Source: a candidate division WOR-3 bacterium (GTDB lineage Bacteria; Hydrothermota; Tepidihabitantia; Tepidihabitantales; Tepidihabitantaceae). From it: DNA of 64,000 bases. The notes under the pieces were generated by a model, which made no database searches, was not told the origin of the DNA, and was given only the letters and a program-made list of their open reading frames with translations. Position numbers and translations under genes: made by a program. Position 1 is the stretch's first letter; each line of letters starts with the position of its first letter. The stretch covers positions 17,108 through 81,107 of the forward strand of contig CBFGIT010000013.1 of assembly GCA_965648905.1 (NCBI GenBank), in the 5' to 3' direction. Below are positions 17,955 through 27,909 of the stretch, piece after piece.

Positions 17955-18929
17955 TCAGTCCTCCCTCCTCCGTTCTCCAAGCTCAACCATCCGCTCCAGT
18001 GCGGCGCGTGCCCGGCTCGCAACCTCCTCGGGCAGCTTCACCTCGGCAACGCTGCCAGTCAGCGCGGCCAGCACATCGGCCAGGCCGGTCCGTTTCATGT
18101 TCCGGCACAGCGCAGTGCGGCGCAGCGGATAGCAGTTCGTGTTCGGGTGCTCGCGCCTGACTCGGTGACACATCCCGGCTTCAGTGCCGAGCACGACCGA
18201 GGAGTACTGACCAGCCAGCTTCAGCATGCCTGAAGTCGAAACAACGTCATCGGCCGCGGCGAGCGTTTCGGGCCGGCATTCCGGGTGAACAATTACCCGG
18301 GCTTCAGGATGTTCGGCGCGTGCCCGGGCTACGTCTTCAGCCGAGAACTGAGCGTGGACATAGCAGAATCCCGGCCAGGCGATGATTCCACCAGCATCAG
18401 ACGGTTCATCGAGCGCTGACCGCAACTGACGCCCGCACACCCCTGCCACGTACGCGGCCAGATTCTGGTCCGGGACAAAGAGGATGCTCTGGTCCGCGGG
18501 AATCGAACCTGCAACCTGGACCGCATTCGCCGAAGTACAGCAGACGTCCGACTCGGCCTTCACCTCAGCCGGCGTGTTGACATACGCCACGGTCACGACC
18601 GGCCCAAGCTCGGCCTGCTTGGCCCGCAAAGCCGAAGCCGAAATCATGTCGGCCATCTCGCAGCCGGCGTCAGGCCGGGCCAGAATAACCCGGGCGCGAG
18701 GGTTGAGCAGCTTCGCGGTCTCGGCCATGAACCGGACACCGGCAAAGACAATCACTCGAGCCCGGGCCGTGCGTGCCTGCCGGGCCAGTTCGAGCGAGTC
18801 GCCAATCGCGTCCGCGACCTCGTAGATTGGCGGAACCTGATAGTTGTGGCAGAGAACAACCGCGTCCTGTCGGGACTTCTCTTTCCGGATTCGGGCAGCG
18901 AGTTCCTGGTCCTGGGGCGTGAGGTTCAT
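17955..18929 (-). CDS. nadA: Quinolinate synthase
   Basis: HNYQ, GDSL.LA, GV.FMAETAK, AGC.MA, YVNT, CTS.NA, HPEC, C.NM motifs. Confidence 0.95.
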   Translation of the reverse strand: MNLTPQDQELAARIRKEKSRQDAVVLCHNYQVPPIYEVADAIGDSLELARQARTARARVIVFAGVRFMAETAKLLNPRARVILARPDAGCEMADMISASALRAKQAELGPVVTVAYVNTPAEVKAESDVCCTSANAVQVAGSIPADQSILFVPDQNLAAYVAGVCGRQLRSALDEPSDAGGIIAWPGFCYVHAQFSAEDVARARAEHPEARVIVHPECRPETLAAADDVVSTSGMLKLAGQYSSVVLGTEAGMCHRVRREHPNTNCYPLRRTALCRNMKRTGLADVLAALTGSVAEVKLPEEVASRARAALERMVELGERRRED

Positions 18930-18938
18930 CGCCGGCTG

Positions 18939-19421
18939 CTACCGGCGCGGAAACCGACGGTGCTGATCCCGGCGGCCCGGTTTTTCACGCCGCGCTGGTC
19001 CGCTCGGCGGCTGCCAGAACACACCCTCATCCAGGATGTGCACCACCTCGATGCCGCTCCTGGCGAGCTCCGCGGCAATCCGGCGCCGGTGGCAGAACTC
19101 CGGACTCCGCTCCGAACAAAGGATGCAGCACACCCGCGTCAGTGCCTTCTGCCGGATAATCTCAACCCCACGCCGGAACCCATCCGAGCCGAGCCATTCG
19201 GCCATGCTCGCGCTCCCGGGCCCGCCCAGTTCGTTGCCGAAGAAGACGTAGTCGGCACGCTGGGACGCAGCCAGAGCCTGGAGTCCGTCGCGCCGGAAGT
19301 GAGCCTCGGTTGCCTCAGGTGTGGGCCGGACGTCGAACACGACCTGGATGCCGTACTTGTAGAGCAGGCGTGCGAAGTCATAAGGCTTGCGGTGGTCGGT
19401 GCCGATGGTGAAGAGTCTCAT
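18939..19421 (-). CDS. DUF488 family protein
   Basis: LFTIG, DVR..P, ELGG, LCSE.....CHR..IA motifs. Confidence 0.85.
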   Translation of the reverse strand: MRLFTIGTDHRKPYDFARLLYKYGIQVVFDVRPTPEATEAHFRRDGLQALAASQRADYVFFGNELGGPGSASMAEWLGSDGFRRGVEIIRQKALTRVCCILCSERSPEFCHRRRIAAELARSGIEVVHILDEGVFWQPPSGPARREKPGRRDQHRRFPRR

Positions 19422-19446
19422 TGCCGTTACCTGCCGGTCTGACCGC

Positions 19447-20175
19447 TCAAGGGCTCACCGAGCAGAGAACCGGAGCGGGTTTCGGGTCGGGCTGTTTCAA
19501 CTCGAGGCGAATTGTCCCAAACTCGGTATCCTGCCGGACCCGCACCTCGCCGAGCCGCACCAGTTCGAGCACGGCGATGAACATCACAATCACCTCGGCG
19601 ACGGTGCGACCACTGACCGCTTCGTCGAAACCGACCGCGCCCCGGGTCCGGACCAGCTCGCGCAGGTCAGCAATCCGGTCCTCAAGTCGCAGCCGGCGCG
19701 GTGCCAGCCGAACCACCGGCTCGGGCTCAAGGCGCGAAAGGACCCGCTGGAGCGCCGAAGTCAGCAGCATCAGGTCTTCGGAGTCGGCCAGCCTGGCGCG
19801 CGGGGTCTCACCCAGGCGGGGAAACATCTGCCGCCGGACCGCCTCGCGCTCGGAAAGCACCCGGGCCGCCTGCTGGAAACGCCGGAATTCGTCGAGAATC
19901 TGCTCCAGGCTCAGCGCCGGGGTGTCAAGGTCCTCGGTCGGAACGCGGGGCAGCAACTGACGAACCTTGAGCCGGAGCAGGACCGCGGCCATGACCAGAA
20001 AGTCAGCCGCGGCCTCCATGTTCAGCACCGACGCGGTTCTGACCCAGACCAGGAAGTCGTCGGTCAGTTGCGCAATCGGCACGTCGGTAACGTCAAGCTC
20101 GTTCGTGCGGACAAGGTAGAGGAGCAGTTCGACCGGCCCCTCAAACAGTTCGAGCCGGACCGCAGGAACCGTCAC
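19447..20175 (-). CDS. scpA: Segregation/condensation protein A
   Basis: FEGP.ELLL.L.....LD..D..I, FLVMAA.L...K, F.A.LEL...G....Q...FG.I motifs. Confidence 0.9.
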   Translation of the reverse strand: MTVPAVRLELFEGPVELLLYLVRTNELDVTDVPIAQLTDDFLVWVRTASVLNMEAAADFLVMAAVLLRLKVRQLLPRVPTEDLDTPALSLEQILDEFRRFQQAARVLSEREAVRRQMFPRLGETPRARLADSEDLMLLTSALQRVLSRLEPEPVVRLAPRRLRLEDRIADLRELVRTRGAVGFDEAVSGRTVAEVIVMFIAVLELVRLGEVRVRQDTEFGTIRLELKQPDPKPAPVLCSVSP

Positions 20176-21203
20176 AATGTCACCAAGGTATGGGCGCGCC
20201 GGCCCAGACCGCGCTGCTCGGCCACCTCAAGCAGCAGCTCGGGTTTCAGATGGGGATGGAGCTCGGCGAGGACCGAACCGGTTCGGTCCCAAGCCGCTTG
20301 TTCACATGCCACCGGGTCCAATGAGCCGAACAGCCCGACATCGCCCATGATCGGCTTCTCGGTCTGCGGGTAGCAGTCGCAGTTCGGCGTGACCCGGAGA
20401 CAGAAGTTAAAGTGGAACACAGCCCGGCCCGTAACCACGGCCCGGCAGTACTCGACCATCTTGCGCTGCACGGTCTCTGAGGCCGCGTCCCAGTTGACCC
20501 GCACCGCGCCCTGACGACAGACCGCCAGACAACCACCGCAGCCGGTACAACTGCGGCCAATCTGGGCAACGTACTGCACGAAGTTGATGGCTTCGTGCGG
20601 GCAGTAGTCAACGCAGACCCCGCAACTGACGCATTTGTCCGGGTCAACAAAAGGCCTGGAACCGGAGTGCATCTCGAGCTTGCCTGCCTTGGCTGCCAGC
20701 CCCATCGCCAGATTCTTGATGACCCCGCCAAAGCCGGTGACGAAGTGACCCTTGAACCGAGCCATGTTGATGAGATAGCTGATGCGCCGCAGCCCGTGGG
20801 CCAGCCGGGCCCCGCTCACCAGCTCAGAGTCGAGCGGCACAGTGTAGTAACGCTCGCCCTGACGGCCGTCGAGGATTTCGACCGGCGCAAGCAGCGCCTC
20901 GGTCGTGAACCCGTGCTCGTGGGCGAGCTTCAGATGTTCGATGGCCAACTGGCGGCGCCCGCGGTACAGGGCCGTGGTTTCGACCACGACCGGCTGCAGG
21001 TCGTAATAGCTGCACGCCACCGCTGCCGCCCGCACCAGCTCCGGCGCCAGATGGTTCGAATTGCCCTGCTCGCCGAAATGGACCTTGAGCCCGATGCGCT
21101 TCTTCGGCTTGAGCTGCTTCAGGAAACCGGACGCCTCAAGCATCGCGCCGATGCCGGCCCGAACCCGCTCCGCAGGCACAAAGTAGACGACCGACTCGCT
21201 CAC
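20172..21203 (-). CDS. DUF362 domain protein with 2x[4Fe-4S] ferredoxin domain
   Basis: KVHFGE.GN, KGH...GFGG..KNL.MG, CVSCGVC...C and CTGCGGC...C, CDC motifs. Confidence 0.88.
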   Translation of the reverse strand: MSESVVYFVPAERVRAGIGAMLEASGFLKQLKPKKRIGLKVHFGEQGNSNHLAPELVRAAAVACSYYDLQPVVVETTALYRGRRQLAIEHLKLAHEHGFTTEALLAPVEILDGRQGERYYTVPLDSELVSGARLAHGLRRISYLINMARFKGHFVTGFGGVIKNLAMGLAAKAGKLEMHSGSRPFVDPDKCVSCGVCVDYCPHEAINFVQYVAQIGRSCTGCGGCLAVCRQGAVRVNWDAASETVQRKMVEYCRAVVTGRAVFHFNFCLRVTPNCDCYPQTEKPIMGDVGLFGSLDPVACEQAAWDRTGSVLAELHPHLKPELLLEVAEQRGLGRRAHTLVTL

Positions 21204-22273
21204 TGCCAGACTCCGGGAATATGTTCACCGCAGAACCGGCACTTGCCCTGGTTCACGTTGTTCTCCAGCACTGAGAAACCGCGGCGCCTCACGAGTATCC
21301 GGCCACAGCGCGGACAGACCGTGCTTTCGTCCTGATGGCCGGGCACATTGCCGACATAGACAAACCGAAGACCCGCAGCCCGGGCAATGCGGACCGCAGT
21401 GTCAATCGTTGTCACCGGCGTAGGCGCAAGGTTCCTGAGCCGGAAGGCCGGACTGAACCGGGTGAAGTGCACCGGCACCGTGTCACCCAGGTCGGAGACG
21501 ACCCAGCGACACATCCGGCCGAGCGCAGCCGTGTCGTCATTCAGCCCGGGCACGAGCAGGTTGACCAGTTCCAGATGGGTTCCGGATTGGGCGACAATCC
21601 GGCACGCCTCGAGCACCGGCTCAAGCGAAGAACCGCACACCTCGCGATAGAACTCCGGGGTGAAGCCCTTCAGGTCGATCTTGATGCCGTCGACCAGGCG
21701 GCAGAGCTGCCGGAGCGGTTCCGGGTTGATGTAGCCGCCGGTCACGACCGTGGTTTTGACACCCTTGGCCCGGGCCAGCCGCGCCACGTCACACATGTAC
21801 TCGTAGAATACCACCGGCTCGGTATAGGTGAAGCAGACAATCGGCACCTGCTCCTTGACCGCCAGTGCCACGACGTCCTCGGGCGCCAGCTCGTAGCTCG
21901 GCAGGTCTTCAGGCCGGGCCTGAGAAAGCTCCCAGTTCTGGCAGTACTTGCAGCTCTGATTGCAGCCGGCAGTTGCCAGACCGATGCGCATGCTGCCCGG
22001 CAGGAAATGAAAGAACGGGGCCTTCTCGATCGGCTCGCGGGTGACCGAACACGGCCGACCATAGACCAGCGAGTACAGAACGCCGTCCTGATTCTCCCTG
22101 ACCCGGCACAACCCGCGCTGGCCCGGCCCAAGCACGCAGCCGCGCGGGCACAGCTCGCAGGCAACACGTTTGTTGTCAAGGGAGCGAAAGAACGCGGCCC
22201 GGGTTCTGGTCAGACCGTCTTTCGGTGGGACCAAGAAGAGCAGGCCGAAGGCGAGCAGGACCGCTCTGACCAT
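21200..22273 (-). CDS. amrS: AmmeMemoRadiSam system radical SAM enzyme
   Basis: CELCPR.C.....G.C.VR, PIEK.P..HF.PG, GCN..C.YCQNW..SQ, TY.EP motifs; start set at MVRAV. Confidence 0.9.
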   Translation of the reverse strand: MVRAVLLAFGLLFLVPPKDGLTRTRAAFFRSLDNKRVACELCPRGCVLGPGQRGLCRVRENQDGVLYSLVYGRPCSVTREPIEKAPFFHFLPGSMRIGLATAGCNQSCKYCQNWELSQARPEDLPSYELAPEDVVALAVKEQVPIVCFTYTEPVVFYEYMCDVARLARAKGVKTTVVTGGYINPEPLRQLCRLVDGIKIDLKGFTPEFYREVCGSSLEPVLEACRIVAQSGTHLELVNLLVPGLNDDTAALGRMCRWVVSDLGDTVPVHFTRFSPAFRLRNLAPTPVTTIDTAVRIARAAGLRFVYVGNVPGHQDESTVCPRCGRILVRRRGFSVLENNVNQGKCRFCGEHIPGVWQ

Positions 22274-22274
22274 C

Positions 22275-22715
22275 CTAGTGGCTGACCGCGACGTGGAACA
22301 GCCATCCGGCCAGCATGCCCAGACCGAAGAGCCCGGCCAGACTCGAACAGGCAACGAGCTTCGACTCGGTCGGCGCCGCGAGCACCCGGCCGTAGTCGAG
22401 AAACACCTCGGTGACCTGGCCGCGGCTGATGCTCACCTGATGGGTTCCGGCGTTCACCGCGGTCAAGGTCCAGAACGACGAAAGCCGCCGGCCGATGCTG
22501 CCGCGGCGCAGATGCCAGTAGACCATGTCCAGACTGTCATTGGAGATGATGCTGAGGTTGTAGTCACCCACCGCCACCCGGCAGCGCTCCAAGGGAGTCC
22601 GGCCGACCCGCTCGCCGTCAAGATAGAGCTCGATGCCCGGCGTGTTCGAACGAACCGTCAGATAGCCCGAATCAGGCAACTGAGCCGCAACCAGTACGAG
22701 CAGGGCAAGCGTCAC
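22275..22715 (-). CDS. PEGA domain membrane protein
   Basis: G.L.V.S..PG...YLDG..VG.TP; hydrophobic N- and C-termini. Confidence 0.75.
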   Translation of the reverse strand: MTLALLVLVAAQLPDSGYLTVRSNTPGIELYLDGERVGRTPLERCRVAVGDYNLSIISNDSLDMVYWHLRRGSIGRRLSSFWTLTAVNAGTHQVSISRGQVTEVFLDYGRVLAAPTESKLVACSSLAGLFGLGMLAGWLFHVAVSH

Positions 22716-22761
22716 GAGTTACAGACAATACCCAAGACTGCCGCCAAGTCAATGAGTCGTG

Positions 22762-23295
22762 TCAGTCGTCCGATGCCTGGTACCAGAGGTCGAGACGAAC
22801 CACGCGGTAGGCAGGGCGGTAGAGTTCGACGTAGCGGGCCGAATGGTGGCGTGCCGGGAAGCCGCAGGACCCGGCTTCAGTCACGGTTGCGGCGAGAGCA
22901 TCAGCCTGTTCCGGCAGCCTGTCACGACACCAGGCAGCGGTTTCAGCAAGCCGGCCGCGCATCTGCTCCGGGCGGCCATGAACCGTGGCTGCGGTCTGAA
23001 CCAGAACCCTGGTTAATCGCTCGACCGCACCGGGTCGGCCAAGCAATCGTCTGAGACTGATGCGGCCCATGAAGCCTTGCGGGTCCAGCGGCTCCTCTTC
23101 GGGCTCGATGCCGGCAGCCGTTGACAGCGATACCATTTCTTGAGCCAGCCGGCGGCGACAGGAATCAAGGTCTCTGACGATATGGCCCGGACCGAACACC
23201 GATTGATGAACCAGCTTGTAGATGTCGGCCGCCTCAAGCGCTGGATACCGGGCAAGATGCCAGTCAAGAACCGAGACCAGCGCCGGGTCAGGCAT
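22762..23295 (-). CDS. Conserved hypothetical protein
   Basis: H..RYP.....D.YKL..Q...GPGH and HHS..Y...Y.PAYRVV motifs; start overlaps upstream stop. Confidence 0.75.
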   Translation of the reverse strand: MPDPALVSVLDWHLARYPALEAADIYKLVHQSVFGPGHIVRDLDSCRRRLAQEMVSLSTAAGIEPEEEPLDPQGFMGRISLRRLLGRPGAVERLTRVLVQTAATVHGRPEQMRGRLAETAAWCRDRLPEQADALAATVTEAGSCGFPARHHSARYVELYRPAYRVVRLDLWYQASDD

Positions 23296-23866
23296 CAGTT
23301 GACCTGACCTCGGCCGGTCGGTTACGCTGAAACAGACGCGCGAGCAGGTCCACGAGCTCGAACCCGAGACCGACTGCCGCACCGACTTTGGCGCCAATCA
23401 CTGCCTGGTCCATCACGAGAAAGGCGGCAGGCTTCTGGCGCATGAACACTAGGAAGACGGCAACCATCCCGGCATAGCCCGCTGCGACGACAGCCCCCAT
23501 GACAATGAACCGGCCAATCGGCACGCGGTGCAGGACCCGGAACAGATAAGACGAACTGACCAGCGCCAGTCCGACCGGAATTGTGAAGAACGCCGCGCCG
23601 ACCACTGCTGACGGTCGAAGCGGCGGGTTCAGGGCAACCTCGGTCAGGTAGAGCAGCAGCAGCACGAGCATCACCGTCCCCGGCCCGCGCAACCGGACCG
23701 AGGCATAGACGAGCGCGGCCAGGAGTCCGATTACTGGAAAACTCATAAACTGCCGCATCTGGAGCATATTGCTGCCGAGCGAAAGACGCGCGGCCGCCAG
23801 TGCTCCGGCGAGTCCGGCAACAACGTAGCCCGTGGTCAGCAGCGTGTCGCTTGCGGTCCGGGTCAT
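23288..23866 (-). CDS. Hypothetical membrane protein
   Basis: About six hydrophobic segments; operon-like spacing after fusA. Confidence 0.7.
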   Translation of the reverse strand: MTRTASDTLLTTGYVVAGLAGALAAARLSLGSNMLQMRQFMSFPVIGLLAALVYASVRLRGPGTVMLVLLLLYLTEVALNPPLRPSAVVGAAFFTIPVGLALVSSSYLFRVLHRVPIGRFIVMGAVVAAGYAGMVAVFLVFMRQKPAAFLVMDQAVIGAKVGAAVGLGFELVDLLARLFQRNRPAEVRSTDA

Positions 23867-23875
23867 CGCGCCGGT

Positions 23876-25966
23876 CTACTCGGCCCGTTTCCGGGCGCGC
23901 GCGGCGATGATCTCCTCGGCGATGCTGAACGGCACTGCCTGGTAGTGCTCAAAGTGCATCGTGAAACTCGCCTTGCCCTGGCTGATGTTGCGCAGCTCGG
24001 TGGCATAGCCGAACATCGTCGCCAGCGGCACCATTGAGTTGACGACTTTGGCACTGCCCTGGGTGTCCATGCCCGATATCAGACCGCGGCGGTTGCAGAG
24101 CGAACCCATGATTGCGCCGGCATACTCCTCCGGGGTCACGACATTGACGCTCATCAGCGGCTCGAGCAACTGCGGGCTGCCGGCCAGGAACGCCCGGCGG
24201 AACGCGCGGGCCGCACAGGTCCGGAACGCGATGTCGGATGAATCAACCTCGTGGTACGAACCGTCCTTCAGGGTCACGCGCACGTCAACAATCGGGAATC
24301 CGGCATAGACGCCCTTGTGCAGCACGTCGACGACGCCGCGCTCAACCGCCGGGATGTACTCCTTGGGCACCCGGCCCGATACGACCTTGTTGACGAACTC
24401 GAACCCTTGGCCAGCCAGAAGCGGTTCCAGCGTGATGATGACGTGAGCATACTGACCCCGGCCCCCGGTCTGTTTGACGTACTTCTCATTGACGTCGGCC
24501 GGTCCGGTTACGGTTTCGCGGTAGGCGACCTGGGGCGGACCGGTGACCACGTCAACCCCAAACTCGCGTTTGAGCCGGTCGACGATAATCTCCAGATGCA
24601 GCTCACCCATGCCCGAGACAACCGTCTCTTCGGTCTCGTGGTCGGACGTGACGATGAACGTCGGGTCCTCTTCAGCCAGACGCGAAAGCCCGTGGGCCAG
24701 CTTCTCACGGTCCTTCCGCTCGGTGCTGCCGACTGCCATCGACAGGACCGGGGCCGGGAACTCGATTGCCTGGAGCACGATCGGCGCCTCGCGGATGCAG
24801 AGCGTGTCGCCGGTGACGGTATCAGCCAGGCCGACGACCGCGCCGATTTCGCCCGAATAGAGTGCGTCGACCATCTCCTGCCGGTTCGCGTGCATCCGGA
24901 GCAGACGGCCGACCCGCTGGTCCTTCTGCCGGGTCGAGTTGTAGACATAGGAACCGGCCCGGAGCGTACCGGAATAGACCCGGACATAGACCAGCTTGCC
25001 GATGTGCTTGTCGGCCACGACCTTGAACGCGAGCGCAGCCAGCCGGCCGTCATCCCACGGCACTCGAATCACCTCTTCGCCGCTCGGATGTACACCGACC
25101 GTCGGCAGCAGGTCAATCGGGCTCGGCAGATAGGAGACGACCGCATCGAGCAGCCGCTGGATGCCTTTGTTCTTGAACGCCGACCCGCAGATGACCGGGC
25201 AGACAAGGTGCTTCAGGGTTGCGCCCCGAATCGCGGCCGAGAGTTCGGTGCGGCTGACCGGCTCATCGTGCAGGAACTTCTCCAGCAGCCGGTCATCGAA
25301 TTCGCTCACCTTTTCGAGCAGATGCTGCTTCCAGTGCCGGGCTTCATCTTTCATCACTTCCGGGACCGGCTCATCGCGCCAGGTCATGCCCTGGTCGGTC
25401 TCGTCGTAGTAGACCGCAGCGTCGTCAACCAGGTCAATGATGCCGGCGAAGTTCTCTTCGGCACCAATCGGAATCGTCACCGGCACCGAGTTCGCACCCA
25501 GGTCCCGGGCAATCTCCTCAACGACCGCGTAGAAGTCAGCGCCGGGCCGGTCCATCTTGTTCACGAAAGCGATTCTCGGCACCGAGTACTTCTCGGCCTG
25601 GCGCCAGACCGTCTCGGACTGCGGCTCGACCCCGCCGACCGCGCAGAACAACCCGATAACGCCGTCCAGCACCCGCAGGCTGCGTTCCACCTCGACCGTG
25701 AAATCGACGTGGCCGGGCGTATCAATCAGGTTGATCTGGTGGCCGCGCCAGACCGTGGTCGTGGCGGCACTGGTGATGGTGATGCCCCGCTCGCGCTCCT
25801 GCTCCATCCAATCCATCACCGCCTCACCGTCGTGGACCTCGCCCAGCTTGTGCGAGCGGCCGGTATAGAACAGGATTCGTTCGGACACCGTCGTCTTGCC
25901 GGCGTCGATGTGTGCCATGATGCCGATGTTGCGCACATTCTCAATCGGGTAGAGACGTGACGTCAT
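23876..25966 (-). CDS. fusA: Elongation factor G (outside the str operon)
   Basis: [47 protein letters not shown] motifs. Confidence 0.96.
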   Translation of the reverse strand: MTSRLYPIENVRNIGIMAHIDAGKTTVSERILFYTGRSHKLGEVHDGEAVMDWMEQERERGITITSAATTTVWRGHQINLIDTPGHVDFTVEVERSLRVLDGVIGLFCAVGGVEPQSETVWRQAEKYSVPRIAFVNKMDRPGADFYAVVEEIARDLGANSVPVTIPIGAEENFAGIIDLVDDAAVYYDETDQGMTWRDEPVPEVMKDEARHWKQHLLEKVSEFDDRLLEKFLHDEPVSRTELSAAIRGATLKHLVCPVICGSAFKNKGIQRLLDAVVSYLPSPIDLLPTVGVHPSGEEVIRVPWDDGRLAALAFKVVADKHIGKLVYVRVYSGTLRAGSYVYNSTRQKDQRVGRLLRMHANRQEMVDALYSGEIGAVVGLADTVTGDTLCIREAPIVLQAIEFPAPVLSMAVGSTERKDREKLAHGLSRLAEEDPTFIVTSDHETEETVVSGMGELHLEIIVDRLKREFGVDVVTGPPQVAYRETVTGPADVNEKYVKQTGGRGQYAHVIITLEPLLAGQGFEFVNKVVSGRVPKEYIPAVERGVVDVLHKGVYAGFPIVDVRVTLKDGSYHEVDSSDIAFRTCAARAFRRAFLAGSPQLLEPLMSVNVVTPEEYAGAIMGSLCNRRGLISGMDTQGSAKVVNSMVPLATMFGYATELRNISQGKASFTMHFEHYQAVPFSIAEEIIAARARKRAE

Positions 25967-25970
25967 AACG

Positions 25971-26870
25971 CTAGAGACCGACGACCTTGACGGCGAACTC
26001 CTTCGCCTCTTCCTGACTGGCCGCGATGTGGTTCAGGAACAGACCGATGCCGCTCCGGCGCAGCCAGTAGTTGCCGTTGCTGATGACAATCAGCCCGCGT
26101 CGGACCCAGTCGTGGACCACCCGCTCGTCCTTCGACAACTCGACATAAGTCCGGAAGTCATCAACCGGCTTGTGCGTGTCCCGGTCGAGGACAAAGGCAA
26201 TGAGCACGAGCGGGAAGGTCCGGACGTCGAACCGGAACGCGGGTGGAAAACCGGGCCGCGCCGGAATCACGTCAATCGAGGTGATATTGCCCGGCGCGAG
26301 GATCCGCTCAATGTTCAATTCCGGTGTGAACCCGAGACGGTTGGCAATCACGCCCATGCCCATGTTCTGCAGTTCGACGTCCTTGTCGCCCGGCTTGAGC
26401 AGACGCACCATCCGAATCTTGAACGTCGCCTTGTCCTGCTGCTTGAGCAGCTCGTGGAAAACGTGCACGGCCATGATCGACGCCAGCCCCTTACGCCTGA
26501 ACTCCTCCTTAACCCCGATGTCCCAGAAGACCACGCCCCGCCCCGGCGGGTCGCGCTCGACATAGGTCTGACCGATGCGCTGGCCGTAGTAGTACATGAA
26601 CACACTGGCTGCGTCGTCCTTGATTTCGGTAACCAGTTCGAACTCCTGACCGGCCAGCTCCCCTTCGAGGACACGAATGTGGGCCGGGCTGAACCACTCG
26701 TACTCAGGCCCGATCCGGGCCGGAGTCCATACCAGGTTCCTGGGCGACGGACCGAGCAGACTCCCGAGCGACTCAAGAAACCGCTGCCTCAGCCGATTCA
26801 CTGCGCCCACCCCGACTGCGGCGCGTGGTTCGAAGCAGAAGATGGCAGCCAGACGTTCATCAGAAGACAA
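25971..26870 (-). CDS. Hypothetical protein with a GNAT-like motif (start uncertain)
   Basis: [13 protein letters not shown] resembles GNAT motif A; true start may be a downstream GTG. Confidence 0.65.
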   Translation of the reverse strand: MSSDERLAAIFCFEPRAAVGVGAVNRLRQRFLESLGSLLGPSPRNLVWTPARIGPEYEWFSPAHIRVLEGELAGQEFELVTEIKDDAASVFMYYYGQRIGQTYVERDPPGRGVVFWDIGVKEEFRRKGLASIMAVHVFHELLKQQDKATFKIRMVRLLKPGDKDVELQNMGMGVIANRLGFTPELNIERILAPGNITSIDVIPARPGFPPAFRFDVRTFPLVLIAFVLDRDTHKPVDDFRTYVELSKDERVVHDWVRRGLIVISNGNYWLRRSGIGLFLNHIAASQEEAKEFAVKVVGL

Positions 26871-27013
26871 CTATGCCTGAATCAACACCGCAGTCAAGGC
26901 TTGCCGGCTTCGGCTCGGCCGGGCCTCGTCCTGCCGCCGCTGGTCGGACTCAAGCCGCCGACTCGTCCCGGCCTGATTTGACAACTCCGGCCCACAGAAT
27001 AAGATTAGCTCTC

Positions 27014-27089
27014 GGGCTCGTAGTGTAGCTTGGTTTAACACGTCGCCCTGTCACGGCGAAGATCGCCAGTTCAAATCTGGTCGAGCCCG
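27014..27089 (+). tRNA. tRNA-Asp (GTC)
   Basis: GGGCTCG...TCGCC-CT-GTC-AC-GGCGA...GTTCAAA...CGAGCCCG; TTGACA-N16-TAAGAT upstream; no CCA. Confidence 0.95.
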
Positions 27090-27090
27090 T

Positions 27091-27906
27091 TTGTCGCTGA
27101 GCATCGGCCGCGCCCACGCTGTCTTGTTTGCGCTGGGCGCGGCCTCGCTGCTTCTGGGCAATCGCCCGATGGCCGACAACTACGAACTTTCGCTGCGGGT
27201 CCAGGGCTTCACTGAGGCACTGGTCCGCCGGGATACCCGGGCCGCCTATCGATTGTTCAACGATGCGTTTCGGAGCGAGGTATCTTTTGCCCGGTTCGAT
27301 TCTGCGCTGCGAAGCTGGTACGGAACCGGCCGGGTGGTGAAGGCACAGCACAAAGTCGTGGACATCCAGGGTCCAACCGGGGCGGTCTCAACGTGGGTGG
27401 TTTTCGAGGGCGAGCGCGATTCGCGCTACCTGTTTCAGAGCTGGCTGCTCAACCGAAACACTTGGGAGCTGGTCTGGGTCTCAAGGATTCTTGACGAATC
27501 GTTCCAGTACGGGCGGAGCGACACTCTCGAGTTGCGTCGGGTCGCCCAAGCAGCGCTACGTCACGCCCTGACTCCGCCGATTCTCGCGCGCCTCAGCGGC
27601 CGGCCCCGGCGACCGGACACGATTGTGCTGGTTCGACTCGGTCAGCCTGAGGAAACGGACATGTCGGTCGAAGGCGCGAAGATGGTCTGGCTGCTGCCCG
27701 AAGAAATCAGCGACCTGGCCATCCTACCTCGGGTCCCGTTCTACGTCGGCTTCGGCATTGTTCGCGTCTTTGGTGACATTGCCGAGGCTGCGGTTGACTT
27801 CTACCCAACACCGTACGGCCGTCTGCCCCGACGCCAGTCGGTGAAGGTACTGCTCCGGCGGTCGGCCGACGGCTGGCGTTACACTCACGCGATGCGGGTC
27901 TGGTAG
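27091..27906 (+). CDS. Hypothetical exported protein
   Basis: 271-aa ORF with signal-like N-terminus, directly upstream of the next gene. Confidence 0.65.
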   Translation: MSLSIGRAHAVLFALGAASLLLGNRPMADNYELSLRVQGFTEALVRRDTRAAYRLFNDAFRSEVSFARFDSALRSWYGTGRVVKAQHKVVDIQGPTGAVSTWVVFEGERDSRYLFQSWLLNRNTWELVWVSRILDESFQYGRSDTLELRRVAQAALRHALTPPILARLSGRPRRPDTIVLVRLGQPEETDMSVEGAKMVWLLPEEISDLAILPRVPFYVGFGIVRVFGDIAEAAVDFYPTPYGRLPRRQSVKVLLRRSADGWRYTHAMRVW

Positions 27907-27909
27907 TTC

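Noticed and set aside
19447..20175. scpA without adjacent scpB; nadA without nadB/nadC
   Set aside because: Dispersed arrangements are common and cannot be judged from one window
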